DNA of 50,891 nt from Minisyncoccia bacterium (lineage in GTDB: Bacteria; Patescibacteriota; Minisyncoccia; SW-4-49-11). The position numbers and the translations under genes were made by a program. Position 1 is the first letter of the stretch, and each line of letters starts with the position of its first letter. Below the pieces are notes generated by a model. That model was not told the DNA's origin. It saw nothing but the letters and a program-made list of their open reading frames with translations, and made no database searches. The stretch spans positions 1-50,891 of the forward strand of contig JBIIRM010000006.1 of assembly GCA_044341565.1 (NCBI GenBank). The letters are read 5' to 3'. Below are positions 18,423 through 26,922 of the stretch, in pieces.

Positions 18423-20228
18423 TTACCTATTTGATCTTTTGCGTTCATTAGCGTCTAATACTCTTTTTCGAATTCTCAGGCTTTCTGGAGTAACCTCTAA
18501 GAGTTCATCATCAGCTAAATATTCAATACTAGCCTCAAGAGACATATCTTTTGGTGGAGCTATAAATACTCCATCATCAGACCCAGAAGCTCGCATATTG
18601 GTAAGTTTTTTTGCCTTTACTGGATTGATTTCTACATCTTGCTCACGATTAGATTCTCCAAGAACCATACCAGGATACACTTCAGTACCATCAGTCACAA
18701 AGAAAGTCCCTCTATCTGAAGCTCCATCTAGAGCATATTTAGTAATTTTCCCAAGTTCTAGAGATACAATAGATCCTGTTGATCGTCCCTTACCACTAGA
18801 TACTCTAGGTCCATATTCAAGGAATGAACTATTCATAATTACCGTTCCCTTAGAAAGGGTCAAAAGAATACTTCGAAGACCAATCAAATTCTGTGTAGTA
18901 ATCTTATATTCAATATGAGACTCATTATGATCATTGATTTCCATATTCACAAGTTCTCCTTGTCGCTTATTGACCGCTTCAATAATTTTTCCACTATATT
19001 CTTCTGGTACATCCAAGCTTAATAACTCATAAGGCTCTTCTATAGCTCCATTATTCTCTCGGAGAATTACTTGAGGTCGTCCCACTGAGAATTCATATCC
19101 TTCTCGTCGCATAGTTTCAATCAAAACAGCTAAATGAAGCTCTCCCCGTCCTGCTACCAAAAATCTATCTGGACTTGCAGTATCTTCAATATTCAAACTA
19201 ATATTCGTCTCTTGCTCTTTATATAATCTATCTCGAATCATACGAGAAGTAGAGTATTTTCCTTCTTTTCCTGAAAATGGGCTATCATTAATAGCAAACA
19301 TCATCTGAAGCGTTGGGCTTTCTACCTCAATAGGAGCTATTTGTACTGGATTTTGTGCATCAGCAATAGTATCTCCAATTTCAATACCAGATATTCCCGC
19401 AATAACTGCAATGTCTCCAGCAATTAATTCATCTGTATCGATTAATTCCATACCACTATATCGAAGTAAGCTGGTAATGGTATTTTTGGTCTGATTACCA
19501 GCCTTATCAATACGTACTACTGACATACCTTTTACAATTTTCCCGGCATCAATACGCCCCACAGCCATAGTTCCTTTGAATTTATCAAATTGCAGGTTGA
19601 GAGTAAGCATTCTAAATGAATCCTCAATAGGAGAAGTTGGAGCTGGAATTTCATTTACAATAACCTCGAATAATTCAGTCAAATCCTTATCTGTTTGATC
19701 AATTTCGAGGGACGCAGAGCCATTGATAGCAGAAGCATATACAATAGGGAAATCTAATTGTTTATCATTCGCATTAAGCGTCACGAATAAATCAAAAGTC
19801 TTATCCACTACAGAGTCAGGACTAGCATCAGGTCTATCAATTTTATTAATTACCACCACTACTCGAAGCCCCAAAGCTAAAGCTTTTTTGAGCACAAATT
19901 TGGTTTGTGGCATCGGCCCCTCTTTGGAGTCTACCAATAATAGAGCCCCATCAGCCATTTTGAGCACTCGTTCTACCTCTCCTCCAAAATCAGCATGGCC
20001 AGGAGTATCAATAAGATTAATAGTATAATCCTTATAGCTAACAGAGGCGTTCTTGGCTCTAATAGTAATACCTTTTTCCCGCTCCAAATCCATAGAATCC
20101 ATAACACGCTCCTGCACAGCCTGATTTTCACGAAAAATCTGAGTCTGATGCAAAATAGCATCCATCAATGTAGTTTTACCATGATCAACATGGGCAATAA
20201 TGGCAAGATTACGTATATGGGAATTCAT
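18423..20228 (-). CDS. typA: translational GTPase TypA/BipA
   Basis: Contains AIIAHVDHGKTTL, DTPGHADFGGEVER and NKIDR, with the BipA-type C-terminal domain. The first ATG is at 20228; the ORF-track start is TTG at 20234. Confidence 0.95.
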   Translation of the reverse strand: MNSHIRNLAIIAHVDHGKTTLMDAILHQTQIFRENQAVQERVMDSMDLEREKGITIRAKNASVSYKDYTINLIDTPGHADFGGEVERVLKMADGALLLVDSKEGPMPQTKFVLKKALALGLRVVVVINKIDRPDASPDSVVDKTFDLFVTLNANDKQLDFPIVYASAINGSASLEIDQTDKDLTELFEVIVNEIPAPTSPIEDSFRMLTLNLQFDKFKGTMAVGRIDAGKIVKGMSVVRIDKAGNQTKNTITSLLRYSGMELIDTDELIAGDIAVIAGISGIEIGDTIADAQNPVQIAPIEVESPTLQMMFAINDSPFSGKEGKYSTSRMIRDRLYKEQETNISLNIEDTASPDRFLVAGRGELHLAVLIETMRREGYEFSVGRPQVILRENNGAIEEPYELLSLDVPEEYSGKIIEAVNKRQGELVNMEINDHNESHIEYKITTQNLIGLRSILLTLSKGTVIMNSSFLEYGPRVSSGKGRSTGSIVSLELGKITKYALDGASDRGTFFVTDGTEVYPGMVLGESNREQDVEINPVKAKKLTNMRASGSDDGVFIAPPKDMSLEASIEYLADDELLEVTPESLRIRKRVLDANERKRSNR

Positions 20229-20341
20229 AAACAATACAAAAATAAGTAATATATAGGTTGTTTTTGTTTATTCTACCTAATATCTGATAAAAATGCAAAT
20301 CTATAACAATATATTATTAGTTTTTATATAAATGTTATTTC

Positions 20342-20370
20342 TTGACATTTGTAATAATTAGATGTACACT
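20342..20370 (+). promoter_or_regulatory. putative promoter of a short transcription unit
   Basis: TTGACA (20342-20347), 17-nt spacer, TACACT (20365-20370). Confidence 0.45.
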
Positions 20371-20376
20371 ATAATT

Positions 20377-20445
20377 CTGCTTAAGCAAAGGCAATACAAG
20401 TCAATATCATATGTACATATCAAAAGGAGCGTTGAGCTCCTTTTG
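20377..20445 (+). ncRNA. candidate ~70-nt sRNA or transcription attenuator
   Basis: Predicted start about 7 nt after the -10 element. It ends in the intrinsic terminator AAAAGGAGC-GTTGA-GCTCCTTTT (20422-20444). It lies between divergent typA and the MsrQ-like gene, where no terminator would be expected. Confidence 0.4.
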
Positions 20446-20457
20446 TCGTATAGTCAA

Positions 20458-20473
20458 TGTTCCACGTGGAACA
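20458..20473. promoter_or_regulatory. parS site (perfect palindrome)
   Basis: TGTTCCACGTGGAACA in an intergenic region, 13 nt after the terminator at 20422-20444. Confidence 0.8.
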
Positions 20474-20535
20474 TTTTCTCGACAAGCACATTATATGGGA
20501 GTATACTAAATTTAATATACCTAATCTAAAATTAT

Positions 20536-21105
20536 ATGAAATATTTTCACAAAATCATCATTTGGATCGCCTATATAAGTCCTATTATATTTATCCCCTT
20601 AGCCACACTTTCTCCTGCCTTAAGATCAGATTATGGGAAGAAATTTGGTACTATAGCCCTATTATTATTCGTGACAACCCTTATACCAAGTATTATTCAA
20701 CGATTTGGACTTGCGAAGCAATTTAGTTTAATCATCAAGCTCATATTACCAGTTCGGAGGCAAATTGGTATATTGATGTTTATGGCAGCTTTTACCCACT
20801 ATCTTGCAATGAAAGTAATTCCAGTAATTCAGTATAAATTACCAGTATATCTCCCTCTCTATCAGGCATTTGGAGTATTGGCAATGATTCTCACCCTTCT
20901 GATGTTCCTCACCTCTAATAATTGGGCTACGCAAAAGCTCAAAGCCAATTGGAAAAGGCTCCATAGAGTCACCTATATTGTGGGATGGCTGATTTTTGGA
21001 CATGTAATATTACAAGATGTATCCTGGCAAAGTATTACTATTGGCGTAGTAATGGTATTAGAAGTTGCTTCCCTTATCAAAGCTAGGGTTAATGTGTTAG
21101 CGTAA
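20536..21105 (+). CDS. ferric-reductase-like transmembrane protein (MsrQ/YedZ-like heme b subunit)
   Basis: 189 aa, polytopic, with conserved His-containing segments (FTHYLAMK, WKRLHRVTYIVGWLIFGHVIL). Confidence 0.65.
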   Translation: MKYFHKIIIWIAYISPIIFIPLATLSPALRSDYGKKFGTIALLLFVTTLIPSIIQRFGLAKQFSLIIKLILPVRRQIGILMFMAAFTHYLAMKVIPVIQYKLPVYLPLYQAFGVLAMILTLLMFLTSNNWATQKLKANWKRLHRVTYIVGWLIFGHVILQDVSWQSITIGVVMVLEVASLIKARVNVLA

Positions 21106-21118
21106 AATCCTCAAAAAC

Positions 21119-21147
21119 AAAAAAGGGGGCTATAATCCCTCTTTTTT
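21119..21147. terminator. bidirectional intrinsic terminator
   Basis: AAAAAAGGGGG-CTATAAT-CCCTCTTTTTT, between the MsrQ-like gene and tRNA-Ala. Confidence 0.75.
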
Positions 21148-21157
21148 GTTTACTTAG

Positions 21158-21230
21158 TGGACCTGACTGGGATCGAACCAGCCACCTCCTCGGTGCAAGC
21201 GAGGCGCTCTACCAAATGAGCTACAGGCCC
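21158..21230 (-). tRNA. tRNA-Ala (anticodon TGC), CCA not encoded
   Basis: Sequence GGGCCTGTAGCTCATTTGGTAGAGCGCCTCGCTTGCACCGAGGAGGTGGCTGGTTCGATCCCAGTCAGGTCCA. It has the G3-U70 identity pair. A TTGCAT, 17-nt spacer, TATACT promoter lies upstream. Confidence 0.92.
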
Positions 21231-21283
21231 TAATTACAGATTAGAGTATATCAGATTGTGATTATCTATGCAAGAGATAGGGA

Positions 21284-22192
21284 TTAAGTTAGTTTCTCAT
21301 GAGTAAAATCCAATAAATCAAAGTTATTTTCTTGAATATATTCTGGTGTCACTGTATACAATACTGGTGCGAAATTTGTCGTAACATATTCTGTAGACTG
21401 TATTTCACCATTTATTCTACACTCCTTCAAAATTTCATTATATCGAAAATATATATCACCTCTTTTTACAAAACAATGATTTTTTTCGATAATATGGTAT
21501 TTTTCTGGGATTCTTTTTGTTGTTAAAACCTGCCCCTTAAGATGAGTGTCTGTAAGCCATATTTTTAATTGAAGAGGTTGATTTGATGTGTTTTCTAACT
21601 TAAGATCAATAAAATTATATAATATCGTTGCACCGCCACCAAAAGGTAGTGTTCTACCGGAATCAGGGAAAACGTCCATGGAATGATGATATCTCTCTAT
21701 AGTTTTCATTGATGTATGTAAAAATATCCAGTATAAAAAATTAGAGAGTTGACATAACCCTCCACCTAAACCTGGAATAACCGCCCCGTTTGCAAGTAAC
21801 ATTCCATCCACATATCCTTTGTCATAGGTAGGTTTACCAATTAATTTCCATAAGGAGAATATTTTTCCAGGTTCAATAACTACTCCATCTAAATGCTTAA
21901 TTGCCTGTTTGAGATTAGTTATCTTTTGTTCTTGTAACTCAATATCACTGTCTCCTAATTTTCTTCTTAAAACAGATTGATGTCGAGCTACTATCATAGG
22001 GAAGTATTCTGTTGACTGATAGCATCGTATTTTAGGGTCCAAAATATTAGATACAGTACGAGATGTATGTCTCACAAATAAAATTGGTTTTTGAATAAAA
22101 GGATATTGTTTTGATAATGCAGTTCTCTTTGGCGACTCATATTCTGTTAATAATTTTTGTACCTTACTCCACAGATATCCTTGCTCCTTCAT
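21284..22192 (-). CDS. VanW family protein
   Basis: GGGLCQLSNFLYW motif and the overall VanW-like pattern; 302 aa. Confidence 0.75.
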   Translation of the reverse strand: MKEQGYLWSKVQKLLTEYESPKRTALSKQYPFIQKPILFVRHTSRTVSNILDPKIRCYQSTEYFPMIVARHQSVLRRKLGDSDIELQEQKITNLKQAIKHLDGVVIEPGKIFSLWKLIGKPTYDKGYVDGMLLANGAVIPGLGGGLCQLSNFLYWIFLHTSMKTIERYHHSMDVFPDSGRTLPFGGGATILYNFIDLKLENTSNQPLQLKIWLTDTHLKGQVLTTKRIPEKYHIIEKNHCFVKRGDIYFRYNEILKECRINGEIQSTEYVTTNFAPVLYTVTPEYIQENNFDLLDFTHEKLT

Positions 22193-22252
22193 ATAATGAA
22201 TATAATTTATACTATTATATTATATACTACATCACCAGTATACTTATCCCCA

Positions 22253-22669
22253 TTATTCATGTTCTGCAGCATCAGCTTCAGCTTTAGTCATATGTACTGT
22301 GCCAAATGGATGTTCAGGGCCTGCATAGATAGAATAGAGTTGTAATGGCTCTGATCCAGTATTCACGATATTATGATACATTTCCGCTGGCACATGAACG
22401 GAATACCCATCTTCAATATCTTCAACAAAGGTCAATTCGTCCAATTTTTGCCCCATATAGACTTTTCCTTGCCCTTTATCTACTCTAATGAACTGTTCAA
22501 TATCATGATGGGCTTCAAGACCAATTTCTCCCCCTACAGGGATGGACATCACGGTGACTTGCATATTGTTTCCAGTCCAAATTGTTTGTCGATAAGCAGT
22601 ATTAGCTATTACTAATTCTTCTAAATTAAATACTGCTGGTTGTTTTCCTTTATCTTCTAATTGAGTCAT
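22253..22669 (-). CDS. cupin domain protein
   Basis: 138 aa with a cupin-type His/Glu pattern (GLEAHHDIEQFIRVDKGQG ... VHVPAEMYHNIVN). Confidence 0.75.
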   Translation of the reverse strand: MTQLEDKGKQPAVFNLEELVIANTAYRQTIWTGNNMQVTVMSIPVGGEIGLEAHHDIEQFIRVDKGQGKVYMGQKLDELTFVEDIEDGYSVHVPAEMYHNIVNTGSEPLQLYSIYAGPEHPFGTVHMTKAEADAAEHE

Positions 22670-22750
22670 AGTGATTGTATTATATATATTCTTAATAATA
22701 GAGCTTGTCTATAGATACAAAAAAGGGAGTAAAGCTTCCTCTCTTTATTT

Positions 22751-22858
22751 CTGGCGGGGACAACCAAAATGTAAACATTTTCCATAACCCCTCGGTTTTG
22801 GTATTCCCGCCACGGGGAAATCCCGTTTCCCGACCCCTTCCCTCGGCCGTCCCTAAAT
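22751..22858. other. GC-rich structured segment starting with a copy of the tRNA-Asp 3' end (unclassified RNA or integration relic)
   Basis: TGGCGGGGAC at 22752-22761 repeats 22888-22897. A 17-bp imperfect hairpin pairs 22752-22769 with 22796-22812, and there is a GGGAAA-N5-TTTCCC hairpin. CCGAGGG occurs twice. The strand is undetermined. Confidence 0.4.
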
Positions 22859-22859
22859 G

Positions 22860-22884
22860 AAAAAGAGGAGTATAACTCCTTTTT
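22860..22884. terminator. bidirectional intrinsic terminator immediately after tRNA-Asp
   Basis: AAAAGAGGAG-TATAA-CTCCTTTTT. Confidence 0.8.
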
Positions 22885-22887
22885 CAG

Positions 22888-22964
22888 TGGCGGGGACGGC
22901 CGGGCTCGAACCGGTGACCTTCTGCGTGACAGGCAGACGCTCTAACCAACTGAGCTACGCCCCC
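22888..22964 (-). tRNA. tRNA-Asp (anticodon GTC), CCA encoded
   Basis: Sequence GGGGGCGTAGCTCAGTTGGTTAGAGCGTCTGCCTGTCACGCAGAAGGTCACCGGTTCGAGCCCGGCCGTCCCCGCCA. Confidence 0.92.
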
Positions 22965-23015
22965 ATAATTGTTGTAGTATATCAGTAATCTGATGCTTCC
23001 GCAAGAGCAATACTA

Positions 23016-23090
23016 TGGGGTGGCCAACGGGAATCGGACCCGTAATGTCGGAACCACAACCCGAAGTTTTACCATTAAACTATGGCCACC
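23016..23090 (-). tRNA. tRNA-His (anticodon GTG) with encoded G-1 and CCA
   Basis: Sequence G-GTGGCCATAGTTTAATGGTAAAACTTCGGGTTGTGGTTCCGACATTACGGGTCCGATTCCCGTTGGCCAC-C-CCA. Confidence 0.9.
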
Positions 23091-23163
23091 ACATAATATT
23101 CCTCCTGACTTTGGAAGTCTAGGATATTCTATCAAAAACTCACTCCAATTGCAACTATACCCC

Positions 23164-24495
23164 CTACTTATTTTGTAATATTACTTTTAATACCTCTTCT
23201 TTATTAGAAGTGAGCGTAAATAACTTCAAATCTTCTGGCTTAATAGTGCGATATTCCTGGGCAAATACTTTATCAATATAATCAACCAGTGGCCCCCAGA
23301 ACTCTGTGTCAAAGAGTATAAGCGGAGTTTTATCTACTTTATGTGTTTGTACGAGAGTTAATACCTCAAATAATTGATGTAGAGTTCCAAGCCCCCCCGG
23401 ACAGAATAGATATTGATTAGTAGGGCCTGTTAAAATAAATTGTCGAGTAAAAGGAAATCTAAAATGAATAGAATCACTCACATAATTGTTCATAGTCTTT
23501 CCATCTTGATGCAAAAGAGTTGCAAAAGCTGGTTTTCCGGCTTCTGAAGAGGCTTTATTACCTGCCTCAGCTATACCGAAGCCTCCTCCAGTGAGAATAC
23601 TAAAATCATGTTTTATAAGCTCCTGCGCAATGGTATAAGTATCCTGATAATAATGGCTGTCTGGGGATACTTTATTGCTCCCGAGAATAGTAACATTTTG
23701 AGGTAAAGATTCCAAGAATTCAAGTCCTTCCACTAATTCCGCCATAATACGAAATATACGCCAATTCACACTAGCAATAGCAGTAGTATTAGATGAAATT
23801 GCCAATATATTAGGGTGATCCTCGGTTTTACGAATAATTTCAAAGGCTTCTTCTGCTGTTTCTACCACATGTATCATTTCTAAATCCTCAGCCTTTATAG
23901 CTCCCAGAATAGAATGACAAGTATCTCGTAAGAATTGCATCAGCGGAGTCCAGAATGCTTTACCTACTAGAATAACAGGAACTCTTTGAGTAAAACCAAG
24001 AGCTATTTCATTTAATACCTGAAATAACTCATCTAAAGTCCCATATCCTCCAGGAAAATACACAAAAGCCTGAGAAGGGCTTGTAAGCATTACTTTACGA
24101 GTAAAGAAATAGCTAAAATTAACTGAGTCAGTAACATAAGGATTAATACGCTGCTCCATAGGAAGTTCAATCCCAAGGCCAATAGAATCTCCCTTTACTT
24201 GAAAAGCTCCTCGATTGGCAGCCTCCATAATACCAGGTCCACCCCCAGTAATCACGGTATAATTATTGAGTCCCAATAATTCCCCGAGTTTACGAGCTTT
24301 TATATAATATTGATCATCTTCATGAGTACGAGCTGAGCCAAATATGGTAACTTCATTTTTGTATTTTGCCATCAAATCATAGCCCTCTACAAATTCAGCC
24401 ATTACCTTGAATAATTTCCAAGAATCTGTTTGTGCCAGCTTATACGGAGCTCCTACTGTATCTTGAATAGTTTTGAGTTTTTCGGTATATGACAT
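23164..24495 (-). CDS. tandem LOG / TIGR00730-family (Rossmann nucleotide-binding) protein
   Basis: Two LOG-like halves. The first has GGGPGIMEAANRGA and PGGYGTLDELFQ. The second has GGGFGIAEAGNKA and PGGLGTLHQLFE, so the catalytic E is replaced by Q. Confidence 0.8.
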   Translation of the reverse strand: MSYTEKLKTIQDTVGAPYKLAQTDSWKLFKVMAEFVEGYDLMAKYKNEVTIFGSARTHEDDQYYIKARKLGELLGLNNYTVITGGGPGIMEAANRGAFQVKGDSIGLGIELPMEQRINPYVTDSVNFSYFFTRKVMLTSPSQAFVYFPGGYGTLDELFQVLNEIALGFTQRVPVILVGKAFWTPLMQFLRDTCHSILGAIKAEDLEMIHVVETAEEAFEIIRKTEDHPNILAISSNTTAIASVNWRIFRIMAELVEGLEFLESLPQNVTILGSNKVSPDSHYYQDTYTIAQELIKHDFSILTGGGFGIAEAGNKASSEAGKPAFATLLHQDGKTMNNYVSDSIHFRFPFTRQFILTGPTNQYLFCPGGLGTLHQLFEVLTLVQTHKVDKTPLILFDTEFWGPLVDYIDKVFAQEYRTIKPEDLKLFTLTSNKEEVLKVILQNK

Positions 24496-24556
24496 AATTT
24501 TATTTTTAGAGATATGAACGGTGTCTCCAATCTTATTTTTTCATCCTATTCCGCAG

Positions 24557-24630
24557 TGTCTCCGATTGGGATTGAACCAATAACCTACAGCTTAGAAGGC
24601 TGTTGCTCTATCCAATTGAGCTACGGAGAC
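24557..24630 (-). tRNA. tRNA-Arg (anticodon TCT), CCA not encoded
   Basis: Sequence GTCTCCGTAGCTCAATTGGATAGAGCAACAGCCTTCTAAGCTGTAGGTTATTGGTTCAATCCCAATCGGAGACA. A TTGTAA, 17-nt spacer, TATAAT promoter lies upstream. Confidence 0.9.
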
Positions 24631-24697
24631 GCTATATAAGAGCATTATAGCAAATATTATACAGTTTTACAAATGAAAAAGCCCACTTCCCAAATTT

Positions 24698-26701
24698 CTA
24701 CCACTCTGGATCATAATCAGTATAGGTGAGTGACAATTGTTCCAAAAGATGATCTGGTATCTCCGTAATAAATCGCGAAGAAGGATTAGATTGAATTTGT
24801 CCAAATATACGCCTAAGCTGAGTATATGTCATATATAGTTTATCTTTGGCTCTGGTAATACCGACATAGCAAAGTCTACGCTCTTCTTCTAATTCTTTAT
24901 GCGAGATGAGACTTCGAGAATGGGGTAGTATACCTTCCTCCATACCAATCATGAATACTACCGGGAATTCGAGCCCCTTAGCTGCATGATATGTCATCAA
25001 AGTTACTGCCTGAGAGGCCTTCATCCCATCTATATCTGATAATAGGGCTGTTTCCTGTAAGAATTCATATAAAGCCTCCTCCACGGGAAGATTATCAAAT
25101 TTCTGTGTTACCGTGAATAATTCCTCAATATATTCCATTCTAGCTTCATTTTCTTTGCTTTTTTCCCAATGACTAGTATATTGGGTGATTTTCAAGATAT
25201 CTGCTACTAGTTGAGATAATGTATACTTATCTCTCTCAAAAGCCCCTCTAAGCTCAAAAATTTGCTCGCAGAAGACTATTATTCCTTTTCGGGCTCCTCC
25301 AGTTATCTTGAGAGAATATTTGTCCGTATGGGTCAATAATTCGAGTAAATCAATATTTTGCTCATTTTCATTGCTCTCAGAATAGGCGTGTAGGATTTTG
25401 TCTATGCTTGCCTTACCAACTGATCGCTTTGGGACATTGATAATGCGCCGAAATGAAGCCGTATCATTAGTATTATATAAGAATTTAAGATAGGCTAAAA
25501 GATCTTTAATTTCAGCTCTTTCATAGAATTTGGTACCTCCTACAATTTGGTAGGGGATTCTTAGCTGCAAAAAGGCTTCTTCTAAAGCTCGAGATTGAGC
25601 ATTAGTACGATACAAACAAGCAAATCCTGATAAAGTATATTTGCCGATACCTGCTAAATCTTTAATAGTACGCGCCACGAATAAACTTTCTTGATATTCA
25701 TTCTCTGCCTCAACCAAATGAATTAATTCTCCTGATTCTTTCTCTGTCCAGAGATTTTTATCCTTTTTTTGGGTATTCTTATCTATAACCTGATTAGCAG
25801 CATCAAGAATAATTTGGGTAGAGCGATAATTCTGCTCTAATAAAACCACCTTGGTATCTTGATAATCTTTTTCGAAATTGAGAATATTTTTATAATCCGC
25901 TCCTCGCCAAGAATAAATTGCCTGAAAATCATCCCCCACTACACAAAGATTTTTATACTTATGCGCCAATAATTTGACCAATTCATATTGAGCCTGATTG
26001 GTATCCTGATACTCATCAATCATAATATAGCGATATCTATCCTGATATCGAGCTAATACATCTGCAAATTCTTTGAATAATATTACCGTATTCATAATAA
26101 TATCATCAAAATCCATAGCATTGTTCTTCCGTAATTGCTTCTGATATTCTTGATATAATTCAATAGCCAATTCCTCGAGGGGAGTAGTGGGATTATAATC
26201 AGCGAATTGGCTGGCAGTAATCAGATTATTCTTAGCCTTAGAGATAATATATTGTATAGAAGCGGGTTTAACTTGATCTTTGGGTATATCTCGTTTTTTG
26301 AGTAAATCCTTGATAATATTTTGGCTATCTGTGGTATCATAAATCAAAAATGACTTATCATAACCTAAAGCCTCAGCCTCACGGTGAAGAATATTCAGAC
26401 AAACAGAGTGAAAAGTCCCTACCATAGGCATAGCGGGAACATTTTCTCCAAAAGAAGTCTCGAGCAAATGTTTGACTCGCTCTTTCATCTCTTTGGCCGC
26501 CTTATTGGTAAAGGTTACCGCCAATATACTATATGGGGATATTCCTTGAGCAATCATATAGGCAATACGCTTGGTAAGAGTGGAGGTTTTACCTGAACCA
26601 GCTCCAGCCAATACCAAAACAGGACCTTCTATGGTCTCAGCCGCTTCTAATTGTTTATCATTAAGTCCTTGAAGAATAGGATGAATTTTGTCTTTTGGCA
26701 T
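24698..26701 (-). CDS. uvrD: ATP-dependent DNA helicase UvrD/PcrA
   Basis: Contains AGAGSGKTS, DEYQDTN, QNYRST, TYHAAKGLEF and CYVGITRA. Confidence 0.95.
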   Translation of the reverse strand: MPKDKIHPILQGLNDKQLEAAETIEGPVLVLAGAGSGKTSTLTKRIAYMIAQGISPYSILAVTFTNKAAKEMKERVKHLLETSFGENVPAMPMVGTFHSVCLNILHREAEALGYDKSFLIYDTTDSQNIIKDLLKKRDIPKDQVKPASIQYIISKAKNNLITASQFADYNPTTPLEELAIELYQEYQKQLRKNNAMDFDDIIMNTVILFKEFADVLARYQDRYRYIMIDEYQDTNQAQYELVKLLAHKYKNLCVVGDDFQAIYSWRGADYKNILNFEKDYQDTKVVLLEQNYRSTQIILDAANQVIDKNTQKKDKNLWTEKESGELIHLVEAENEYQESLFVARTIKDLAGIGKYTLSGFACLYRTNAQSRALEEAFLQLRIPYQIVGGTKFYERAEIKDLLAYLKFLYNTNDTASFRRIINVPKRSVGKASIDKILHAYSESNENEQNIDLLELLTHTDKYSLKITGGARKGIIVFCEQIFELRGAFERDKYTLSQLVADILKITQYTSHWEKSKENEARMEYIEELFTVTQKFDNLPVEEALYEFLQETALLSDIDGMKASQAVTLMTYHAAKGLEFPVVFMIGMEEGILPHSRSLISHKELEEERRLCYVGITRAKDKLYMTYTQLRRIFGQIQSNPSSRFITEIPDHLLEQLSLTYTDYDPEW

Positions 26702-26741
26702 TATATATCAATATTATATTTTCTCTTTTTACGGATAATTG

Positions 26742-26815
26742 TGGAGGCTCCAAGCAGACTCGCACTGCTGTAGAGGGTTTTGCAGACCCGTGCCTAACTT
26801 CTCGGCCATGGAGCC
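26742..26815 (-). tRNA. tRNA-Cys (anticodon GCA), CCA encoded
   Basis: Sequence GGCTCCATGGCCGAGAAGTTAGGCACGGGTCTGCAAAACCCTCTACAGCAGTGCGAGTCTGCTTGGAGCCTCCA, with discriminator U. Confidence 0.85.
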
Positions 26816-26865
26816 AATTACGGCTTTTAGTATAGCATATATTCAGTTTTTAGGGAAATGATATG

Positions 26866-26898
26866 AGAAAGAAAAAGCCCACCATCCGAAGACGGGGG
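26866..26898 (-). terminator. intrinsic terminator of the GC-rich 75-aa ORF
   Basis: The minus strand reads CCCCCGTC-TTCG-GATGGTGGG (one bulge) followed by CTTTTTCTTTCTC. Confidence 0.6.
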
Positions 26899-26922
26899 TT
26901 TGGGGGAGCTGGCAGTGTAGCG

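Noticed and set aside
18418-18918. 166-aa plus-strand ORF
   Set aside because: It is antisense to typA.
20457-20726. 89-aa ORF starting MFHVEHF
   Set aside because: Its start codon lies inside the parS palindrome, and FHVE is simply the translation of parS. It also overlaps the better-supported MsrQ-like frame.
22751-22858. ykkC-type (guanidine/PRPP/ppGpp) riboswitch or T-box assignment for the tRNA-Asp-linked segment
   Set aside because: Only short string resemblances were seen, and the expected P1a hairpin and conserved ACGR/GGGA contexts could not be placed. The T-box GGUGGNACCGCG motif is absent. A tRNA terminator lies upstream, so there is no obvious promoter for a cupin leader. A covariance-model search would be needed.
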